DNA of 64,000 nt from an uncultured Acidobacteriota bacterium. GTDB lineage: Bacteria > Acidobacteriota > Vicinamibacteria > Fen-336. The stretch is taken from assembly GCA_963720545.1 (NCBI GenBank), contig OY970399.1, forward strand, positions 3,072,001 to 3,136,000. The letters are read 5' to 3'. Of the stretch, positions 10,004 to 17,792 are shown one piece after another. The notes beneath the pieces were generated by a model, which worked only from the letters and a program-made list of their open reading frames with translations, had not been told where the DNA came from and ran no database searches. How positions within the stretch are numbered: the stretch's first letter is position 1; the number at the start of each line of letters is the position of its first letter. The position numbers and the translations under genes were made by a program.

Positions 10004-10555
10004 TCAGGACCGCGGGGTTTCGCGGTCGGTCAGGACTGGCAGGAACGGCACCCACGGACCGACTTCCTCCTTGTACTGCTTCGCCATGACGCGCGCCGCC
10101 TGGGCGAGGTGGCCGAGGTCGTGGACCACCCAGGCACTGAGCAGCTGCCGCAGGTTCACGCGGCCGAGGCTCGGATGGTCGGCGGGACGTTCGAGGTCGG
10201 CGTCGCCGAGCTGCCATGAGGCGAGCACTTCCAGGTTCGCCGTGCGCAGCTCCGCGAATTCGGCGAGCAGGGAAGCGAGCGAGCGTTCGCGGTTGCGCTG
10301 GCGGTGGCGGAAGCGGTCGTAGGGTTCGAAGCGCGGCGGCTCTCGGCCGGCGACGGCCTCACGAATGAGCCGCGCGCGCGGGAGCCAGTCGGTCTCTTCA
10401 CCGTCGATCAGGTGGCCGACGACGTCGAAGGCGCTGAAGGTGTCGGGGCCTTCGCAGCCGCGAACCCATTCCCCGCCGAGCCCGCCGAGCAGCGCCTGCA
10501 GGCTGGCGGGCGTACGCTGCAGCAGCGCAACGGCTTCGGCCACGACGAACCTCAC
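10004..10555 (-). CDS. DinB family protein
   Basis: FSAFDVVGHLIDGEETDW, HPSLGRVNLRQLLSAWVVHDLGHLAQ; GTG start overlaps the upstream stop (GTGA). Confidence 0.85.
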   Translation of the reverse strand: MRFVVAEAVALLQRTPASLQALLGGLGGEWVRGCEGPDTFSAFDVVGHLIDGEETDWLPRARLIREAVAGREPPRFEPYDRFRHRQRNRERSLASLLAEFAELRTANLEVLASWQLGDADLERPADHPSLGRVNLRQLLSAWVVHDLGHLAQAARVMAKQYKEEVGPWVPFLPVLTDRETPRS

Positions 10556-10887
10556 TGGAGCGGCTTCAGCAAGCGCTGTGGCGCGACGTTGCGCCAGGCC
10601 GCGGTCAGCGCCACGCGCACGCTCGCCGCCTTCGCGCGCTTCAGCAGCACGACAGTGAAGCCGGATGCGCCCCACTTGCCGGCGGCGGGCGAGTACACGT
10701 CCGGCTCCTCGGCCATCACCGCTTCCTGCTGATCCGGCGTCAGCTTGAGGCCGCCGTAGCCGGGCCGCGGATAGCCGAGGCTTGCGAACACCTTGCCGCC
10801 GACGCGAAAGTCGGGGTGTCCCTGGTGCGCCGCGCCGGTTGTCTCGGGCAGGCTGAGCGCCAGTCGGCGAAAGGCATCGGCGGTCAT
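10552..10887 (-). CDS. MmcQ/YjbR family protein
   Basis: MTADAFRRLALSLPE..HPDFRVGGKVFA..GKWGASGFT. Confidence 0.85.
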   Translation of the reverse strand: MTADAFRRLALSLPETTGAAHQGHPDFRVGGKVFASLGYPRPGYGGLKLTPDQQEAVMAEEPDVYSPAAGKWGASGFTVVLLKRAKAASVRVALTAAWRNVAPQRLLKPLQ

Positions 10888-10965
10888 GTCGGGTTGGTGG
10901 CAGTGTAGCCCGAGACGCCATAACATCCCGCCTGTTCCCACATGCAGCCGAAGGAGATTGTTCAC

Positions 10966-12357
10966 ATGACGATCCGCAAGCGCACCCGCGCGCTCAGTGC
11001 CCTGCTGCTCCTGGCGATGGCGCCACTGGTCTTCCCGGCGGCGCCGAAGAAGGCCGCGGCGACGGCACCGAGCGGGCCCGAGATGCTGCCGCCGCTGCGC
11101 GAGCAGACCGAGATGCGCCAGGAATGGCTGAAGCTGCGGCTCGAGCGGGTGCTGCCGGCGCTGATGCGCAAGCACGGCGTCGCCATGTGGATTGTCGTCT
11201 GCCGCGAGTACAACGAGGATCCCGCGTGGTTCTCGCTCGCCTCGCCGTGGGTGATGCACGCGCGCCGCCGCACCATCCTGTTGTTCTACGACCGCGGCGG
11301 CGACCAGGGCATCGAGCGGCTGGCGCTCGGCGGCGGCTCGAACGGCGGCCTCTACGAGATCTACCGCGATCCCGAAGCGTCGGGCCGCGAGCTCTATGGC
11401 CAGGGCCAGTGGCAGACGCTGCGCAAGGTGGTCGACGAGCGCAAGCCGAAGAACATCGCGCTCGACATCTCGCAGACGCATGCGTTCTCCGACGGTCTAT
11501 CGGTGGGCGAGTGGGAGCAGCTCGCGGCGGCGCTCGGCCCGTGGACCGCGAAGGTGGTGCGCGCCGAGGAACTGCCGCTCGAGTACATCGAAACGCGCAT
11601 CCCGGAAATGCTGCCGACCTACAAGAAGATGATGGCGATCGTGCATGCGCTGATCGCGCGCGCGTTCTCGAACGAGGTCATCACTCCGGGCAAGACAACG
11701 AACGTGGACGTCGAGTGGTGGCTGCGCCAGCACGTCAACGACCTGGGCCTCGGCGAGTGGTTCCCGCCGTCCGTCAACATCCAGCGTCCCGCGAAGGGCG
11801 CCGGCGCGTTCGGCGCGACCGCCGAGCACCAGGCGACCGTGATCGAGCGCGGCGACCACCTGCACACCGACTTCGGGATCTACCAGATGGGCCTCGCGAC
11901 CGACACGCAGCACGTGGGCTACGTGCTGAAGGCGGGCGAGACCGACGCGCCGGCGGGCCTGAAGCAGGCCTTGCTCAATTCGAACAGGATGCAGGACATG
12001 GCGGTGGCGCGGCTCAAGCCCGGCCTCTCGGGCAACGACGTGCTGCTCGCGGTGCTCGCCGACATGAAGGCTGCCGGCATCGAGGGCAGCATGTATTCGC
12101 ATCCCATCGGCGACCACGGCCACGGCGCCGGGCCGATGATCGGCTTGTGGGACCGGCAGGAACCGATTCCCGGACGCGGCGAAGTGGCGGTGCTGCCGAA
12201 CTCCTGGTACTCGATCGAACTGCAGGCGACCACCGCGGTGCCGGAGTGGAACGGCCAGCGTGTGTCGTCGCAGCAGGAAGAGGACGTCTCGATCGATGCG
12301 GACGGCAAGGTCTCGTGGGTCCTGGAGCGGCAGACCAGATACCACCTGGTCAAATAG
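10966..12357 (+). CDS. M24 family (Xaa-Pro aminopeptidase-like) metallopeptidase, secreted
   Basis: AAGGAG RBS, signal peptide, DFG..TDTQ, YSHPIGDHGHG, SIEL, QEED metal ligands. Confidence 0.85.
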   Translation: MTIRKRTRALSALLLLAMAPLVFPAAPKKAAATAPSGPEMLPPLREQTEMRQEWLKLRLERVLPALMRKHGVAMWIVVCREYNEDPAWFSLASPWVMHARRRTILLFYDRGGDQGIERLALGGGSNGGLYEIYRDPEASGRELYGQGQWQTLRKVVDERKPKNIALDISQTHAFSDGLSVGEWEQLAAALGPWTAKVVRAEELPLEYIETRIPEMLPTYKKMMAIVHALIARAFSNEVITPGKTTNVDVEWWLRQHVNDLGLGEWFPPSVNIQRPAKGAGAFGATAEHQATVIERGDHLHTDFGIYQMGLATDTQHVGYVLKAGETDAPAGLKQALLNSNRMQDMAVARLKPGLSGNDVLLAVLADMKAAGIEGSMYSHPIGDHGHGAGPMIGLWDRQEPIPGRGEVAVLPNSWYSIELQATTAVPEWNGQRVSSQQEEDVSIDADGKVSWVLERQTRYHLVK

Positions 12358-12402
12358 CGAAAGAGTCGTGAGTTGTTAAAGGCGACACGCTGCATTTTCG
12401 CC

Positions 12403-12431
12403 TTGACGCGCGGGAGGGTGCGGCCGATATT
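12403..12431 (+). promoter_or_regulatory. sigma70 promoter of the candidate ncRNA
   Basis: TTGACG (12403-12408), 17 nt, GATATT (12426-12431). Confidence 0.55.
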
Positions 12432-12437
12432 GAACTG

Positions 12438-12645
12438 ACGGCGCCGCATCGTACGGAAGTGAGGTTTGATGGAGGGTACTCCGCCGGGCCGTAACTAGCG
12501 GCGAGCGATCGCCGCACCGCACAAACCGTCGATACAGGGAAGCGAACAAAGGACGCGCGTGCAACGCGCGCCGGCCCACCGCGTCTGAGGTTCGGGCCAA
12601 AACAAGACGTGAAAAGGCCAGGTCTTTTCGACCTGGCCTTTTTTT
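12438..12645 (+). ncRNA. Candidate ~200-nt structured small RNA
   Basis: Own promoter and terminator, no downstream same-strand gene; several stems including a GCGA-tetraloop hairpin and a possible 3' pseudoknot. Confidence 0.6.
12612..12645 (+). terminator. Rho-independent terminator, probably bidirectional
   Basis: AAAAGGCCAGGTC-TTTTC-GACCTGGCCTTTTTTT. Confidence 0.9.
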
Positions 12646-12817
12646 AGCTGTCGACGGATGGGTAGCCATCGACGGATGGGCTGTCTCGTCCCCGTCCCAT
12701 CCGTCGAATTCCGTTGTCCGTTCCCCGAGCGCTTGCGACAACGTTCGGTCGTTTCGTTCTCCGAGCGCTTGCGACAAGGTTCGTTAGGTTCGTTCCCCAG
12801 GCGCTTGCGACAACGTT
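12645..12817. repeat. REP/BIME-like composite repeat, copy 1
   Basis: Hairpin TCGACGGATGGG (12669-12680)/CCCATCCGTCGA (12696-12707), an extra left arm at 12651-12662, then three units at 36-bp period (12719, 12755, 12791) with core GCGCTTGCGACAA. Confidence 0.85.
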
Positions 12818-13508
12818 ATTCGTCGTAATCGTCGGTATCGTCTTCGACGGCCGCCTTGGGACGCTTGCGATCGAAGGTGCGGCCGCCCTCGTCGCGCTTG
12901 CGCTTCTCGAAGTCGCGGCCGGTCTTGTTGCCGCCGCCGCTCGAGCGGCGCTTCTGGCTGGCAGCGGTGCGCGCGTTGAAGTCGGGCGCGTCGGACGCCG
13001 AGGGTCCGGTGCCGAAGGGCCGCGGCGAGAACGGACGCTGGCCATAACCGGCGCCGCCACCGCCGCCACCAGGACGCTGGCCGTAACCACCGCCCCCACC
13101 GCCCGGCCGCTGTCCATATCCACCGGCACCGCCACCGCCGCCAGGGCGCTGACCGTAGCCGCCGCCGCCACCGCCGCCGGGACGCGGACCGCGGTCGCGC
13201 GCACCGCCGAAGTCGCCGCGCGGTGCGAAGCTGCCAGGGGCTCCGCCCTCGGGACGCGGCGGGCGGTTCTCGGCGAGGTTGACGCGCAGCGGACGACCGC
13301 GCAGGTCGGTGCCGTTCAGCATGTCGATGCTCTTCTCGGCCGCTTCGCGCTCCTGGAATTCGACGAACGCGAATCCGCGCGGACGCCCCGTTGCGCGATC
13401 GGTGGGAATCTTCGCGTCGAGGACTGTCCCTGCGGCACCGAAAGCCGTGAGCAGCTCCTCACGGGTTACTTCGTAGCTGAGGTTTCCGACGAAAACCTTG
13501 TTCGAAAT
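12816..13508 (-). CDS. RRM RNA-binding protein with Gly-rich low-complexity tail (probable ATT start)
   Basis: RNP2 KVFVGNL, RNP1 RGFAFVEF; (GGGG)YGQRP x4; GAGAGG 6 nt before in-frame ATT 13508. Confidence 0.88.
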   Translation of the reverse strand: MSNKVFVGNLSYEVTREELLTAFGAAGTVLDAKIPTDRATGRPRGFAFVEFQEREAAEKSIDMLNGTDLRGRPLRVNLAENRPPRPEGGAPGSFAPRGDFGGARDRGPRPGGGGGGGYGQRPGGGGGAGGYGQRPGGGGGGYGQRPGGGGGGAGYGQRPFSPRPFGTGPSASDAPDFNARTAASQKRRSSGGGNKTGRDFEKRKRDEGGRTFDRKRPKAAVEDDTDDYDE

Positions 13509-13580
13509 GGCATGCCTCTCTAGGCTGGGCGCGACTCTAACAGAAACGAATGACTGTGCAAGCTTAGACTTACAGCCACA

Positions 13581-14222
13581 ATGCTCACTCGTACCATCCC
13601 CGTAGGGCTGTTGAAATGCAACTGCACGATTGTCGCCGACCCTGCGAAAAAAGAGGCCATCGTCATCGATCCCGGCGACGAGCCGGAGCGGATCCTGGAG
13701 CTGCTGCAGGCCGAAGGACTGGCGCTTCGGGCGATCGTCAACACCCATACCCACATCGACCATGTCGGCGGCAACGCGCGGGTGCGCGCCGACACCGGCG
13801 CACGGCTGCTGCTGCATGCGGCCGACGTGCCGCTTTACGACATGCTCGAGGAACAGGCGGCCTGGCTCGGCGGAATGCTGGGCGTGCCGGTGCGCGCGGA
13901 GGTGGACGCGTGCGTCGACCACGGTGACAGCATCGAGTTCGGCGGGATGCACGCCGAGATCATCCACACTCCGGGACACACGCCCGGCAGCATCTGCGTC
14001 CTGGTGCCCGGCGACGAGCCGCTGCTCCTCTCCGGCGACACCTTGTTCGCCGGCAGCATCGGGCGCACCGACCTGTGGGGCGGTGATCACGAGCAGGAGC
14101 TCGATTCGATCCATTCGCGGCTGCTGACGCTGGCCGATGCCACGCTGGTGGTGCCGGGCCACGGACCCGCGACCACCATTGGCCGCGAGAAGCGCCAGAA
14201 CCCGTTCCTGAGGGGCCTGTGA
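13581..14222 (+). CDS. MBL-fold metallo-hydrolase (glyoxalase II-like)
   Basis: THTHIDH, HTPGHTPG, GDTLFAGSIGRTDL, PGHG. Confidence 0.92.
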   Translation: MLTRTIPVGLLKCNCTIVADPAKKEAIVIDPGDEPERILELLQAEGLALRAIVNTHTHIDHVGGNARVRADTGARLLLHAADVPLYDMLEEQAAWLGGMLGVPVRAEVDACVDHGDSIEFGGMHAEIIHTPGHTPGSICVLVPGDEPLLLSGDTLFAGSIGRTDLWGGDHEQELDSIHSRLLTLADATLVVPGHGPATTIGREKRQNPFLRGL

Positions 14223-14605
14223 GCGGCGAAACGGTCCCGGCCATCAAGGTCCTGCTGTTGCCGAAGGACACGAACGCATACGGCACCATCTTCGGCGGCG
14301 TGATCCTCTCGAACATCGACCTCGCCTCGGCGGTGGCCGCGCGCAAGGTGGCGCCGCGGCGTTACGTCACCAAGGCGATGCGCGAGGTGGTGTTCCTGCA
14401 GCCGGTGTTTCTCGGCGACGTCGTCAACTTCTTCACCGAGATCGTGCGCGTCGGCCGGACCTCGGTGACGGTGCGCGTGAGTGTCGAGGTGGAGCGCTGG
14501 GGCGCCGGCCGCGGCGAGCGGGTGAAGGTGACCGAAGCCGAGGTGGTGCTGGTGGCGGTGGACCAGCACGGCAACGCGACGCCGGTGCTCGAAGGCGCGC
14601 AATGA
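14219..14605 (+). CDS. Hotdog-fold acyl-CoA thioesterase (YciA-like)
   Basis: PKDTNAYGTIFGG..D, VGRTS; 4-nt overlaps with both neighbours. Confidence 0.88.
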   Translation: MSGETVPAIKVLLLPKDTNAYGTIFGGVILSNIDLASAVAARKVAPRRYVTKAMREVVFLQPVFLGDVVNFFTEIVRVGRTSVTVRVSVEVERWGAGRGERVKVTEAEVVLVAVDQHGNATPVLEGAQ

Positions 14606-15726
14606 ACGGCGTGCCGCGCCGCATCCGTGTCGGCGTCCTGATGGGCGGCGCTTCCAGCGAGCGCGACATTTCGCTCCTCTCCGGCAAGATGATCGCCGAC
14701 AACCTGCCCAAGGACCGCTACGACGTCGTCATGCTCGACACGCTCGCGCTGATGGCGCACAACGCCCGCATCGCGCCCGCGCTGCAGCTGCGCGCCCAGG
14801 CGCTCGTCACCGGCCGCAGGTCGCTGGCCGGCGCGGCGCCCGGCGACCAGGCGCTCACCGCCGAGTTCCGCGACCAGGCGCAAAAGGCCGGCGAGGCGGT
14901 GGCGCCCGCCACCGACGCGCTCTCCATCGACAACCGCGAATCGCCGATCGACGTCGCGTTCCTTGCGCTCCACGGACCCTACGGCGAGGACGGCACGCTG
15001 CAGGGCATGCTCGACCTCATCGGCATGCCGTACGTCGGCTCGGGCTGCCTCGCCTCGGCGCTGGCGATGGACAAGGCGATGGCGAAAAAGGTGTTCGCCG
15101 CCGACGGCATCGCGACGCCGCGCGGTGTCGTCGTCGCCAGGGCGGCGTTTCTCGACGACCCCGTCGGCGCGGTCAGCGAAGCTGCGAAACTGGTGCCCGC
15201 GGTCGTCAAGCCGTCGCGCCAGGGCTCGAGCATCGGCATGACCATGGTCAACCACATGGCGGGCCTCGAGCCGGCGCTGACAACGGCGTTTGGCTTCGAC
15301 GACGTGGTGCTCGTGGAAGAGCGGCTGCGCGGCACCGAGATCACGGTCGGCGTGCTCGGCAACCGCGAGCTGCAGGCGCTGCCGGTGGTCGAGATCCTGC
15401 CGAAGCGCGACTTCTTCGACTACAAGGCCAAGTACGACCCGGCGCTCACCGACGAGATCTGCCCGGCGCACCTGCCGCCCGAGGTCGCTGCCGAGGCGCA
15501 GTCGCTGGCGCTGCGCGCGCATCGCTCGCTCGGCTGCCGCGGCTTGTCGCGCACCGACATGATCGTCACCCGCGACCGCGGCATCGTGGTGCTCGAGGTC
15601 AACACCATGCCGGGCATGACCCGGAACAGCCTGCTGCCCAAGGCGGCGGCCGCGGCTGGCATCGCCTTTCCCGAGCTGCTCGACCGCCTCGTGCATCTCG
15701 CCCTCGATCCCGACCAACAGGTCTAA
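14602..15726 (+). CDS. ddl: D-alanine--D-alanine ligase
   Basis: GGASSERDISL, LHGPYGEDG, AMDK, QGSSIG, FFDYKAKY, EVNTMPGMT. Confidence 0.92.
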   Translation: MNGVPRRIRVGVLMGGASSERDISLLSGKMIADNLPKDRYDVVMLDTLALMAHNARIAPALQLRAQALVTGRRSLAGAAPGDQALTAEFRDQAQKAGEAVAPATDALSIDNRESPIDVAFLALHGPYGEDGTLQGMLDLIGMPYVGSGCLASALAMDKAMAKKVFAADGIATPRGVVVARAAFLDDPVGAVSEAAKLVPAVVKPSRQGSSIGMTMVNHMAGLEPALTTAFGFDDVVLVEERLRGTEITVGVLGNRELQALPVVEILPKRDFFDYKAKYDPALTDEICPAHLPPEVAAEAQSLALRAHRSLGCRGLSRTDMIVTRDRGIVVLEVNTMPGMTRNSLLPKAAAAAGIAFPELLDRLVHLALDPDQQV

Positions 15727-15731
15727 ATTAG

Positions 15732-17792
15732 GTGGCGATGCAAACACTCAAGGTGGTTTGTCCGCACGACTGCCCGGACACCTGCGTCATGAACGTCGCG
15801 GTCGAGAACGGCCGCGCCGTCTCGATCGGCGGCGATCCGTCGCACCCGTTCACGCGCGGCTTCCTCTGCGCCAAGGTGAACCAGTACCTCGACCGCGTGT
15901 ACAGCCCCGAGCGGCTGCTGCACCCGCTGCGGCGGGTCGGCAAGAAGGGCGAGGGCCGCTTCGAGCGCATCTCCTGGGACCAGGCGCTCGACACCATCGC
16001 GAACCGCTTCCGCTCCGTGATCGACGAACACGGCGCCGAGGCGATTCTTCCTTATTCATACGCGGGCAACATGGGGCTGCTCGGTTACGGCAGCATCGAC
16101 CGGCGCTTCTTCGCCCTGCTCGGCGCGAGCCTGCTGGAGCGCACCATCTGCTCGAGCGCCGGCGGCGCCGGCTTGAAGCTGGCGCTCGGCCGCTCGCTCG
16201 GCTTCGATCCCGAAGCCATCGTGCACTCGCGCTTCATCGTCGCCTGGGGCGCCAACATCGTGAGCTCCAACGTGCACCTCTGGCCGTTCATCGAGGAGGC
16301 GCGCCGGCGCGGCGCGCGCCTCGTCACGGTGGACCCGTATCGCTCGCGCACCGCGGCGAAATCGGACGAGCACCTGGCGCTCCTGCCGGGCACCGACGGC
16401 GCGCTCGCGCTGGGCGTGGCGCACGTCATCTTCCGCGACGGCCACGCCGATCGCGACTATATCGACAAGTACACGCAGGGCGCCGACAAGTTCGCGGCGC
16501 GCGCCGCGGAGTGGACGCCGCAGCGCACCGCGGAGGTCACCGGGCTGAGCGTGGCGCAGGTCGAGAAGTTCGCGACCGACTACGCCACCATCGCACCCTC
16601 GGCGCTGCGCCTCAACTACGGGCTCAACCGCCATGCCGGCGGCGGCACCGCGGTGCGCACCATCGTCTGCCTGCCGGCGCTGATCGGCGCGTGGCGCCAT
16701 CCGGGCGGCGGCGCGCTGTTGTCGTGCTCGGGCACGTTCCCGCTCAACGTGCCGGCGCTCGAGCGGCCGGACCTGGTGAAGCCGGGCACGCGCACGCTCA
16801 ACATGAGCCAGCTCGGCCGCATCCTCCTCGACACGAAACTGGCACCGCCGGTGCACGCGCTGTTCGTCTACAACAGCAACCCCGGCGCCGTGGCGCCCGA
16901 GCAGGAGCGCGTCCTCGAAGGATTGCGGCGCGAAGACCTGTTCACGGTGGTGCACGAGCAGTTCCAGACCGACACCGCCGACTACGCCGACATCGTGCTG
17001 CCGGCGACCACGACGCTCGAGAACTACGACATCTATCGTGCCTACGGCCACCTCTACCTGAGCCTCAGCAAGCCGGCGATTGCGCCGGTGGGCGAGTCGA
17101 AGCCGAACACCGAAGTGTTTCGCCTGCTCGCGGCGCGCATGGGGATCGATCATCCGGCCGTGCGCGAGAGCGACGAGGAGCTGGCGCGCCAGGCGCTCGA
17201 CTGGTCGCATCCGAACCTGCGCGGCACCGACTTCGCGCGGCTGGAACGCGAGGGCAGCGTGCGCCTCAGCGTGCCGCAGGACTACGCGCCCTTCGCGAAC
17301 GGCGGCTTCCCGACGCCGTCGGGCAAGTGCGAGATGTACGCGCCGGCGCTCGAGGGCACCGGCGTCGATCCGCTCACCGGCTACGTGCCGCCGCGCGAGA
17401 ACGTCCTCGCCAACCCCGAGCTGGCGCGCCGTTATCCGCTGGCGTTCATCTCGCCGCCCGCGCACCACTTCCTCAACTCGACGTTCTCGGCGCAGCCCGT
17501 GTTCGTGCGCCGCGAGGGCGAGCCGTCGCTCACCATCCATCCCGACGATGCCAGCGCACGCGGCATCGCGGACGGCGATCGCGTGCGCACCTGGAACGAC
17601 CGCGGCTCGTTCGAGACGCGGGCGCACGTCTCCGACGCGGCGCGTCCCGGCGTCGTCGTCGGCCTGTCGATCTGGTGGGCGAAGATGTGCCCCGGCGGGC
17701 GCAACGCGAATGCGGTGACCGGCCAGGAGCTGAGCGACGTCGGCGGCGGCGCCACTTTCTACGATGCGCTCGTCGACGTGGCGCGCATTTGA
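15732..17792 (+). CDS. Molybdopterin (Mo-bisPGD) oxidoreductase with an N-terminal 4Fe-4S motif; substrate unknown
   Basis: CPHDCPDTC..FLCAKV, TDTADYADIVLPA, C-terminal IHPDDA..GIADGD; no Tat signal. Start GTG 15732 or ATG 15738. Confidence 0.9.
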   Translation: MAMQTLKVVCPHDCPDTCVMNVAVENGRAVSIGGDPSHPFTRGFLCAKVNQYLDRVYSPERLLHPLRRVGKKGEGRFERISWDQALDTIANRFRSVIDEHGAEAILPYSYAGNMGLLGYGSIDRRFFALLGASLLERTICSSAGGAGLKLALGRSLGFDPEAIVHSRFIVAWGANIVSSNVHLWPFIEEARRRGARLVTVDPYRSRTAAKSDEHLALLPGTDGALALGVAHVIFRDGHADRDYIDKYTQGADKFAARAAEWTPQRTAEVTGLSVAQVEKFATDYATIAPSALRLNYGLNRHAGGGTAVRTIVCLPALIGAWRHPGGGALLSCSGTFPLNVPALERPDLVKPGTRTLNMSQLGRILLDTKLAPPVHALFVYNSNPGAVAPEQERVLEGLRREDLFTVVHEQFQTDTADYADIVLPATTTLENYDIYRAYGHLYLSLSKPAIAPVGESKPNTEVFRLLAARMGIDHPAVRESDEELARQALDWSHPNLRGTDFARLEREGSVRLSVPQDYAPFANGGFPTPSGKCEMYAPALEGTGVDPLTGYVPPRENVLANPELARRYPLAFISPPAHHFLNSTFSAQPVFVRREGEPSLTIHPDDASARGIADGDRVRTWNDRGSFETRAHVSDAARPGVVVGLSIWWAKMCPGGRNANAVTGQELSDVGGGATFYDALVDVARI

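Noticed and set aside
12376..12777. 133-aa minus-strand ORF, and similar ORFs at 49667-50017
   Set aside because: Translations of the repeat elements, terminator and ncRNA; their similarity to each other comes from the DNA repeat
12719..12817. 36-bp periodic repeats as a mini CRISPR array
   Set aside because: The sequences between the cores are short and similar to each other, not unique spacers; no cas genes in the window
14602..15726. Van-type D-Ala-D-Lac ligase
   Set aside because: Retains the DYKAKY loop of D-Ala-D-Ala ligases; no vanH/X/R/S nearby
15758..17788. Long N-terminal extension of the M24 peptidase (similar extensions at 42226, 43784, 47266 and 56429)
   Set aside because: Arg/Ala-rich off-frame read-through overlapping real upstream genes; true starts lie at or just after the upstream stop codons
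15732..17792. Selenocysteine-containing or formate-dehydrogenase-type Mo enzyme
   Set aside because: No in-frame TGA, no Tat signal, no partner subunits
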